From the NCBI GenBank assembly GCA_000934665.2, contig JYFJ02001042.1:62001-94018 (forward strand): DNA of 32,018 nt, read 5' to 3'. The first letter of the stretch is position 1; each line of letters begins with the position of its first letter. Shown one piece after another: positions 11,591 to 21,700 of this stretch. The notes beneath the pieces are model-generated. The model searched no databases, was not told where the DNA came from, and saw only the letters and a program-made list of their open reading frames with translations. Position numbers and translations under genes: made by a program. This DNA is from Catajapyx aquilonaris. Its lineage: Eukaryota.

Positions 11591-11934
11591 TCACCCTTCC
11601 ATTGGACCTCTCTCCTTCTCTACTACACCTTTTTCAAACCCCTCCACCAACAGGCCCACCCTCAGTCTGCTATGTTGCTACCTCCTCCATTGTTGTTGTT
11701 GTTGTTGGTGGTGGTGATGTTGCATAACTTCTCTTCCCCCCTCCCTCAGGAGCTCAGCATCCTTTTCCTTCCTTCCTCCCCCCCCTTTTCTTCTTCCCCT
11801 TCCTAGTTTTTTGGCACCAGTCTGCTGGGCCCTCTCCTCCTCCTCCAGTCCTCCTAAAAGTTACGGCCCCCTCTTTTTTCCTTCTACACTTTCCCCTCTT
11901 TCCCCCACCATCACACGGGAGGCGGTGTTGCCAT
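11591..11934 (-). promoter_or_regulatory. Cluster of six upstream ORFs in the presumed WD40 5' leader
   Basis: 11934-11911 MATPPPV*; 11911-11861 MVGERGESVEGKKRGP*; 11760-11746 MLSS*; 11725-11678 MQHHHHQQQQQQWRR*; 11690-11670 MEEVAT*; 11602-11591 MEG*. Main ATG at 11573. The transcription start is not known. Confidence 0.55.
11691..11719. repeat. (TTG)n/(GTG)n trinucleotide microsatellite
   Basis: tgttgttgttgttgttggtggtggtgatg, read as CAC/CAA codons on the minus strand. Confidence 0.8.
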
Positions 11935-12225
11935 GTCGCTGCCTACTCGTCACGGGCTAGTAGTAGCATAGCTGCTCGGACCAGTAGCGGCTACTAGCTG
12001 TCCTAGCAAAGGCGGAGTAGCAGCTAGTTAGTACAATGTTGCCACATGTCCCACTGAAGTTTCTGGCAACCCTGTAAGTTCTGTTGCCAGCCCAGGAATA
12101 GTAATTGTTGCGCAATTGTGGCCTGATTTTTTGGGGTGCACAATAATTTCCTAGAATTGTTTTGCATTTTAAAATAAAAAAATAATCGCGACGATATCGA
12201 TTTGTTTGATTGCGCATCTGTTTGG

Positions 12226-12284
12226 TGACGTCAGGGTGTAGGGAGGGTGAGGGTGGTGGCCCGTTGCCCGGGAAACTGTAAACA
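12226..12284. promoter_or_regulatory. Candidate bidirectional promoter core: CRE, RFX X-box and forkhead motif
   Basis: TGACGTCA at 12226-12233; GTTGCCCGGGAAAC (X-box-like) at 12263-12276; TGTAAACA (forkhead) immediately adjacent at 12277-12284. The site lies about 110-130 bp upstream of the predicted PIERCE ATG, between the two divergent genes. Confidence 0.65.
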
Positions 12285-12392
12285 TTATTGCGAAGGGACA
12301 GAGAATCATAGAGACAAACAAAGTATTTTTTCCGCCACTATACATTTTTCGTGCGACGATCTAGGGCGATTCCAGAGCTCGGAGGTCGGAAT

Positions 12393-14655
12393 ATGGATCA
12401 AGTGAGTATATAGGAAGGGAGGAAAAAAATAAATTATTGGGGGTAGGTTCACGTGGGGCCGTTTTTTTTTTTGAGGGGGGGGGGGGGCCCCCGTCGNGCC
12501 TCCGTCGATTTTGGGGGTTTGGGTATAGAGGTAGAATATGATCAGGGTTACTTTAATCGCCAGGACTATAGATATGTACGTTCCATTGTACATTGTTAGC
12601 ACGACTGGCTAAGAAAATATGGTTCCGGCAATTCTAGCAGGCCTCATTTTTGAGAAATTATTAGAGGCGTGGTCAACTCTAGTTTGATGCATTAAACGCA
12701 TATAATTGCAGTACAGTACTTTCATAAAATTGCAAATGTATAGATCGTCTGAGTGCGGGTGCTATTAGGTGCCATTTAAAACCATAAGCTAACGGGCGTA
12801 ATTAGTGCAATTAATTAGGTTCCATGGTGGTAAGCAATATAAAGCTAATATTGTATTAATTGATGTCAGTATATTAATATAGCTAAGTGCATGATGCTAT
12901 TGATGCAGTAACTCTGCCAACTAGCAGTTATTCCCCTTCAATTTCAACAAGGTTTCCTGAAAGTGCAGGCATTTTGCGGTCCAACATGATGTGCTAAATA
13001 GGCTATATGGTTAATGAAAAACTATGTAATGCACAAAAACTACAGAGTGCGGAAATGTAACGTACCGTCGCGTCGCTTTGGGGGATGGTAGAAGGGGTGT
13101 AAGCGGTCATTTTAAGTAGAGGCAATCATGATGGGTACCGGTACCGAGATAATTGGCGTCAAACACAAGGTATTTAAAAAATATCCTGGCAGGTATGCGT
13201 CCCTCCTTACCGTTTTAATTTTAATTTGAGGTGTTATCGTGTTAAATTTAAGATAAGATTCCATTAGGTGTAGCAGGCAGTGGTCTATAGGCGATGGAAG
13301 TGTCGTATGCTGTATCCGAAACATACACACTGATATAATGCCCTTTTTATTTAATGCTAACTTTCTTTGGTAAATATGCTTCGTAGACCATGATGCATAT
13401 AATTATGATTCCTGTAGGCTACTTAAAATGATCGCCTAGAACCCTTCTACCACCCTCAAAGCGGCGCGGCAGTACGTTAAATCCGAACCCTGTATATGAC
13501 CTCTACCTTCTTCCTCGTAACATGACAGTATGATGACTGATGTGGACCCAATATTCTCAGTTACTCGATATGACAACATTATTCATGTGAGGCGTGCTAT
13601 ATGACTGTATGACCCCAAGGTGAAAGACATTAATAATGCATAACATAACTCTGTGTATACCTCTAAATTGTGCTCCTCATTAACGAGAGTCCTATACTGT
13701 AACATAGTAATCAAGAGAAACGAGCAAAAAATTAGGCCTCTTTTCTGGATTTGCGTATATAGGCGGAGAGTCGTTAACCGTTGGACCATGTTGGAATTAG
13801 TAAGAGCTGATCACATGATTTTCTCATCAGCTTTTGCCTGATTGGCATCGTGTACTAAAAACCTAAGCGACATCAATTTGCGATGGATAAAAGTGTATGA
13901 CAATATGATGGACGCAATTTCCAAAAAAATTCGGAAAAAGCTTCCTGAAAATATAATATTCCAATCAGCCTAGATGTATACCGTTCTCTTGCAGTAGTCC
14001 TAAAGGACTACATAGTGCTTGGAACGATGACATCAACACCTCATGACAGTGTGTACTTGGGTAAGTGCAAGTTCAATAATTCCAGGACAGTGACTCGAAT
14101 GGTCATCTCTTTCCTGCATGCACATGACGAGGGTCAACTGTTGTTGTTGTGTATAGTTGTGGCATTGTCATTGTCTGCCAACTTACCTGAATCCACCTTT
14201 ACAGAAATCGTGCTGCGTGAACCCTGCCACTGAATGGAAGCCACCGGCTCCATCATCAGGCCTCGAGAAAGTCAGTACAATTGATTGCTTGCAGGAGCCT
14301 GGAAACACTTCCGAGTACTACCAGACCAAGAAAAACCTGCCTGAGCGATTCAACAAGCCACGTGAGTCACACCTTACTGCAGATTATACGGATATTTCTT
14401 TTATACATTTATATTTTTGCTTAGAACGACTCATTTGCCCTGCTTTCAGGCTTGTTCTCCGGCTACGGCTGCCAGAAGCCCCAGCACCCGCTGTACCGCA
14501 CCACCACATCAGACATCGGTCGGTACCCTCCCTCGGTGCACACCATGCCAACCTGCTTCTACGGAAAGAACATGGACTTCAGCAAGCACCTAGCCAAAGC
14601 CGGAATGTACCGGTACGACGGGCTCAACACTGAAATGGACAAGACCAGATGCTAA
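12393..14655 (+). CDS. PIERCE1: PIERCE1/PIERCE2-family (C9orf116/DUF4490) ciliary microtubule inner protein, about 123 aa
   Basis: Exons 14205-14361 and 14450-14655 (TAA) encode TSEYYQTKKNLPERFNKPRLFSGYGCQKPQHPLYRTTTSDIGRYPPSVHTMPTCFYGKNMDFSKHLAKAGMYRYDGLNTEMDKTRC, resembling recalled human PIERCE1 (TSDYYRVSADLPGRFNNPGWFRGY...VYRTSNQAYGSRAPTVHEMPKVFYPNSNKFSQQLAAGGMFRNNTLN). The first coding exon is predicted at 12393-12401 (aatATGGATCAA|gtgagt, phase 0) and is less certain; an alternative start is 14043-14060. Confidence 0.88.
13043..13492. mobile_element. 450-bp Tc1/mariner-type MITE in the predicted PIERCE intron 1
   Basis: About 75-bp imperfect TIRs (CAGAGTGCGGAAATGTAACGTACCGTCGCGTCGCTTTGGGGGATGGTAGAAGGGG... 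versus reverse complement CAGGGTTCGGATTTAACGTACTGCCGCGCCGCTTTGAGGGTGGTAGAAGGG...), flanked by TA at 13041-13042 and 13493-13494. Confidence 0.85.
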
Positions 14656-15771
14656 AAGGCTCTCCTCCCCAAAACCAGTCAAAAAAGTATATAGCATGAC
14701 AACCTGCGAATTCAATTTTTTTTTACTAGAAAGCCTACAGGTGTGTGTCTGTGTGTTATTTGTTCCGTGTTTCTTTGTAACAGTTGTACACTCGCAGAAA
14801 TTATTAACACACATGAAGGTAGTAGTGGCATGGTCAAGTGCCCTTCAATAGAGAGCACCCTTGTACCTCATAAATACCCTCGTTTTTTCCCTCTCTCTTC
14901 CTCATCATCCCCCCAGATTGTCACTGGCTGGGTGAGAGAATTTTTTTTATACATACGTAGCACCAAAATCGCTCTCCCTTCACTGTAATAATAATTATAA
15001 TAATAACGCTCAGTGGCTAAACAGCTCGCGGTTTCTTCTTATATATACTCTTCTACAGTAGAAATCTAGTGATTAGTTCCACCCAGAGCAGTTCAACCAT
15101 CCAAGTTCAAACCTGTACAAGTAAAATCAATACCCCGTTTTTTTAAAAAATACTCAATGTGGTCGTGATATGAAACTACTATCTATGAATATCGTGTGAT
15201 AAACTTCACCAGGGGTTCAACATCTGACATTATTTTTTTTACACAATAATCAGTGGAAGGTTAGCAAAAAAATTGGTGAGGTTTTTTGTTCATTTCCCTT
15301 GATACGGAAGCAAAATGTTATTCTTTTTTATACAACTTTGGTATATGTTGGGCACAATTTTGTATAATGAGGAAAAGTAATTACTCTTCCCAATTGCACG
15401 CGTCTCTTTAAAAAAAACAAACAGGGTGACTTAAATGCATGTGCACGTGGTTGAGCATCTTCCAGCCCAATTCTTCCTCACATATTGTTTCCTCACAAAG
15501 GGACAGAGATCTTTGCATTGTACTGTTATAATTTTTTTTTCGCTGGTGTCGACTATAGGAACATAGCCTGGTCTACGTCTATTTTTTAATACGCGTGGAC
15601 ATTCATCTGGCGGAAGCTCATGGGGGGGGGGGGGGNGTGGGGTAGGTTCTGGGGGTGATTTGTAAAAAGTGGTGCCCATGTTTTTTTGTTTTTCTTTGCA
15701 AAAAAGTGAGATGTCAGTATAGCTGTATAAATTTGAGCAGCGCAGGTAGATTGTTAGGGGGGAGGACAAAT

Positions 15772-18700
15772 TCAAAGCGTCTTGGTGACCATCCCTGGTG
15801 ATTGCAACGGTGGGGTGGGTGAGGAGCACGGAACCTGATCTTCGTCTTCAACCCACGGAGGTACGCCACCGTTGTCCTGGAAAAGGATCGTGTTGTTAGG
15901 AACGTGAGATAAGAACAGAAGGAAACAGGGCATACCTTAATGTCGTCATGGGTGGCATATGGGTTTCGAGCAAGAATCAGTTCGAGTTTATCACCAGCTG
16001 AAGCTATGAGTGGCACAGTCAGGCAGCAGTCAAAGTCGTGGGTTCGGGTCTCGTTTACCTGGAAATTACAAGGTGTAATATGGTAGGAGAATATCAAGGT
16101 ACAGGATAAAGCTTGCCTGCAAAAGTCTGTCGTAAGGCTTGAGTATTCCGCTGAGGTCAGCAGGTCCTCCTCTCCTGATCCGATTGACGTAGACCCCTCT
16201 CTCATAGAGCCCGTCGGACACACTGAATCCAAAGTCCTCGTACACCCGGTCCTTGAAGAGAGTCACCCTGTGTATTTCCACGGGAACCATAGTGGGAGAC
16301 GCTCCTCTTAGGGAGCCACCGCTTCCACCACCCACACCGACCGACCCGTCTATTTGTAAGTCAAAATACTGAACACTGCCGTTGGGGTTGCCGAAGAAGT
16401 AGCCTCCTCCAGCACCCGCGCACTCGTTGTCCTCATTGTCTTGGTAGTGCTGGTGGTGCACATTGACGTTGGCTTCCACCACCACCGAGGGCGCAGGAGG
16501 AAGGTCGTCTCGCATCCACCTTCTGTTGGGAAGGGTGTTTGTGTTCTTCCAGGGTTGGTTGGAGGGACAGTCGAAGGTGCTTCTGCTGGAATCGGGTTCG
16601 CAGCAGACGTCCGGTTTCACAGGGAAAGGAGAGCTCTCCAGGGAGTGGCTGGAGCGACGGATCCGGTTGGTTCCATCTTTGTTTCCTTCCACTGTGCACA
16701 GTTGCAGGTCCGGAGGATGGAACGACGTGAAGCCTGTAAGGACAACCAGAGCTGGTATATTGGGACAATGACAGCTACGAAGGCATCATCTTACCATGGT
16801 GGTCAGTAGCAGACGGACACCTTGGCTGTGGGATAAACTCCACATCCTGCAGAAGCCTAACCTGTCCAGCAGTGTCCAACTCGTCCAGGATCTTCCCCCA
16901 GTCGCCCTTGTCGCCTTTAGACAACGCACCTACTGGATGAAACTCTCAGTTGCATCGTATGTACCAGAAAAAAATATTCATACACCTGACTGATTTATTA
17001 CCTGACTGACCGCTATCGACGCTACGTGAACTTTGACTCAGGTTGTCCCACTGGTCCGGGTTGAGTTCAGGGCTCTCGCAGGAACTAACCACCTTCTGTC
17101 TCCGTTTGACTGTGGCGCTCTCTGATTTATAGATCTCGGTCGTGGAGCCTATCTTGGAGTTTGTGCTACCGCTAGACACGGGAGCAGATGGATCTAGACC
17201 TGAGCTGTCCCAAGACTCCACTGCACTGTCTATCGAAGGTAAGGCAGGTCCAAATTTCCCAACGTAGTCCTCTCGGTCAAGTTCGCCTTTGGCGACACCC
17301 ATTTCTAGAAAGGAAAACATTGAGATTGAGACCCACTTTGTAGCGCACACATACACAAAAAAAACCAATCCGTAGACCGACAAAAAAAAAATTCAGAGCG
17401 GTAAAAGTTATAGGCAATCATTATAAGCAAAGCTATCCAACTTTGAAGATGACGCACCGCCTGTGCAAGTTTAAAGTTAGATTATAGCGTGGGGGGTATA
17501 TCCATTATTCCTCTACTTTGAAGCATGGACCACGTTAATGCTGTCGTGAAGATTGATGCATCACATGTCTCCGTGGTGCTTGAAGACATATTGATAGAAT
17601 TATATTAAAGTTTACTTAGAGGACATTATAGGCTTGTAAAATTGAACACTGACGTTAAAAACACTATGGCCGGATGTCTTTTTCTAAAGAGGAATATAAA
17701 AGTGGCGCACTGCTCTGTTCAATAGGCAGTAAGTTCACTCCAGCAATGTCATATTGACGTATCATCGTCATCAAAGCTTTATTTATTTTGATTGACGAAT
17801 GATATTGGAGTATGATTGTTGCATTTTGTTCAAATGTAAAGGCCAGTGTTTTACGCTGCATAAACTCATGGCCTACAATGTACATTCTCAACCGTAAGCG
17901 CACAATATATAGGATTAGGAACATGGACCGCTCAAAATCGTAACTCTTCCAAGCACCGCGTACTTACTGTTGACGTTCTTTGATATCTTTAATGTGACAA
18001 TATCGCCCGAATTTTGCAGGAGGAGAATGGCTTCGGAGAGAGGCTTCCCTCGTAGAGATTTCCCGTTGATGGCCAGTAAACGGTCCCCTACGTGCAGAGC
18101 CCCTGTCTTCTCAGCCAGACCTCCTGCGCATCAATAGGACACTTTTAGTGGGGAAACGACTCGAGACATAACTCACACATGCATGGACACAGCTATTAGT
18201 ACCGTCTGTCAAACCGGAAATTATGATGGGGTCGAACGGCTCTTCGGTTCCGGAGATGGTGATCCCTAGAGGCCCTCCGTGTCGTACCAGCTCCACAGTG
18301 TACACCACACTTTTGTCCGGTTCTTCTGCAACAACACCTCGTTGTACACACACTAAAACATACTTGTCACAAAATATTTTATGCGAATCAACGATTAACT
18401 ATAGGTTAGGTAATATTCTGCAGTACATCGTACCGGAAAATGAGTCGTCCTTCTGGATTCGTAACTTGACAATCTCATCCGCGTCTTGTAATATTTGGGC
18501 AGCGTCCTCCAACGTGCAGTGGTCCAGTCTTATGGCATCGATGGCCAAAAGGCGATCTCCAGGCTGGATTGTACCTGTCCGATGTGCTACAGATCCTTTT
18601 CTCACATCAGAAATTAGCAGTGGTTCACCAGGAGGCCGGTTCTTCGGAGCTGCAGATCAGCAGATAATTAGATCTGCCGGTTTATTAAGAGCACACTTGA

Positions 18701-21700
18701 CACCATTACCTGTGAGTGTTATTCCAAGCCCATTGCCTCGTTTGGCAAGCTTTACTGTAAATATTCCACTCGATGGAACCACCGATTCGGCCACGTCGAA
18801 CTCCACATCTACGTTGACCCTCGGCCTCGATTCTAACATCAGGCGAGTGGCTTCCTCCGCAGACATTTCATCTGCATGCTGGTTGTTCACCGACAATACC
18901 CGATCTCCAACCTGAATGCAACCACTCCTATGGAGAAAAAGAATCAGAAAATTACAGTGCATCCAACCAAGAGAAGTTTGGAGGAGTCAAAGGAAAGCAT
19001 AATTTTGGTTATAAAGTCGATAATTGGGGCTGATAGCGACTGATGAAGTAGTCGACTACATCTGGGGGTTATAACCGCAAGCACGAATAACTTATGGGAT
19101 GTTGTCAAATAGAACAGGGATTATCACAGGAAGCAATCTTGCAGGGCGGAAATTTAAAACTCGAAATCGATTTAGGAAAGGACCCAGTCCCCTCCCCAAA
19201 CAAAATTTTGTGTTTAACTTCCCCTAAAGAAAGCAAAAATAGGATGGGGAGGCTGCATGTTTTTTATTTTGAAAATAACGTGACCAACGTAATAAAATCG
19301 GAGGCTTTGCAAAAAAAAGAGCTTTTTGTAGAAATGTTCCTTTGGGTGGCGAAAAAAAAAGATGGTGTGGAGTTTGTCAGAATGCGGTGGGGCAAAAGCG
19401 GATGAGAGGCAGGGATTTTCGGTTTCAAAGGTCAACGCCGGCAGATTTATCGTGGGACTTGCCCGGATCTATTCCCCGGAGGATGATGGGAGGGTATAGG
19501 GTGGGGGAGGGGGGTGAAAAAAATGAGGCCGCAAATTTTATTCATGAAAAGCCAGACAAAAATGCCGGCTCGGAAGTGATTGTGAGAGGGTTTTTTTTTC
19601 CAGATATCTTACAAGCTCCACCTGTGGCTGTTGATTGAATGTACGTGCCGGAAACCGACAGTGTTACTGCTGATAAAAAAAACGAGCAAAGTACAGGGTT
19701 CATCGACATTTTTTTCCTGGTCCCTACAGAGCATTTCATCATATTGAGAACTCACAATCAGACGCGTCAGAACTACAAATCCCGGATGACACCGCTTAAT
19801 GAGAACTAACCAAAGCGATCAATTTTAATAATTTTTTTTTTGGGGGGGCTACCAAACCGGGCAACGAACGTCGTGTGATTGAGAAATAGCGACACGTATG
19901 ACACTCTTGTCAAAAAATATGTAATTTACGACCGTCCACTAATCTCGCCTTATTTGGCAATTTTGCACAGTTTAGCACACTGCATAGATGGTTATATTAG
20001 TGCGACGCCAGCTATGAAAGTTTTCCATTTATGTCCCCCGCCTCAGAAACGTCGGACCACCGGACGGGGGGGGACATTGATAAAACGCATATCGGATCCC
20101 GGCTGTTTTCCACCTCCAAAATTGAAAGGCTGGAAGGGGCACTTAGCGGTGAGTTTCCAGGAGATAAGCACTTCCTCAGCTATAGGATTTTAGACCCCTA
20201 AATGTGGCCGTGAGATGGAAGCCATAACTCGGACGCCTACTTGGGGCTGCCAACAAGAGGGCAAACTAGCCCGGAGGAAATTCCTCAATATTTTACACAC
20301 ATACACACAAAAAGAGGATGTGGTACAGGTTTTGCAAAGCAAGCGATGCATTAATGATGGATGTGGTTTTGCAGCAGGGTTTTAAAAGCAACCTGGTGCA
20401 TACTAACTTATCGGCTGCTCCTCCTGGGTCGATGCTGCCCACTATAGGTGGACCCAGCTCCGTGGCAAAGGCTGAGCCCTGGAGGGTCAGACCATAACTG
20501 CCCCTGGAGTCGGCCTGCAGAGAGACGGTCAAGCTGTCCGGATGACACACACCACCGCCAGGGAGATAACATGGGGTCGGGGGCAAACTGGACGGAGCTC
20601 CACTGCTGCTTCCCAATGATGCTGTGGACAACGAAGAAAATCAGCTAATAATTATTGCAATTTCTGGGATGGATATTAATAGTCAGGTTTAGTAAACTGA
20701 TTGCTTTTATCTTGATGAATTGAGATTCTGGGTGTTGTACAGTAAATTAGTCATACATTTCGGGGGCTCTCTCTGATATTAGCTCGGTTCTCAGCGTGTT
20801 TGTTGGATATGGATGCAAACCGCCACTGAGGGGGCACGTGGAGCGAACTCTTCATGGAGATGGGATAAATTTCGCCAGCCTGTAGTTGCCTGATAATGTA
20901 CTGTGTAATTCGATCCTAAAGGTTTCTTACTCTATGAGCAGAAGCACAAAACATATGCACAGAGGAATATTACACCGATGTCAGTAATGCTTTGATGAAT
21001 ATTTGTGTTTATAAGATTAAATGCAATCTGGCCTTAACGAAACATAAAACGTCACCATAAAAATTAATTCAATCACGGTATTTTTCCAAGATGGGGGTTA
21101 CACCTTAACATTCTTTTTACATCAAATGTAAAAATGTTAATAATGATATTATAATGCTAAATGGTCTAAAATAAACCAGGGTACGTTTAATGGAACTTGT
21201 AAATCATTGCGCAAATATAATGATTCTAGAATAATGCAAAATGCAAATGAACTTATTAAAATTCGTCATCCGGAAACACTTTGTCATAATTCACAAAATT
21301 CATCTGCGTGTGTTTACCATTGAATATTGCGCATAATCGGCCACTCACAAGTGGGTGAAATAAGCCGCAAATAATACCTGCCGCAAATTTATAAACGGAT
21401 GCTGTGATAGATATTTGCATTGTGATTATCTTTGGAAATTTTACTATCAAATATCAATCGCGATGATTGATACCTTAATAATATTTTCATTTCATATCTA
21501 GTGTTACATGGAGTGCCAGACACAACAGGGACTGATTGTGTGTAATTTTTATCATTTGTAAATAATTTGTAAATGGTCGCAGCACCACATTAATTTGTTA
21601 AAAGCTTGTAATTGGAAATGTACAAAAGCGAAAATAATTGGCAGCAATTGTGTTAAATAATTAATAGTTGACGTTATAACCGCGGAGCAAATTGAACAAA

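Noticed and set aside
11443..11806. Plus-strand low-complexity ORFs (poly-Leu, -Val, -Cys)
   Set aside because: Antisense to WD40 exon 1 and its purine-rich leader and microsatellite.
11911..11913. TGA of uORF1 as a selenocysteine or readthrough codon
   Set aside because: Readthrough meets a TAG nine codons later and does not reach the main ORF; no SECIS was recognised.
14157..14633. 158-aa unspliced ORF taken as the PIERCE protein
   Set aside because: It reads through the 88-nt intron (14362-14449) into the wrong frame; PIERCE homology requires splicing.
18223..18915. 230-aa plus-strand ORF, the longest in the track
   Set aside because: Antisense shadow of three GRIP exons. The two intervening introns (108 and 60 nt) are multiples of three, which keeps the antisense frame in register. 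No recognisable domain.
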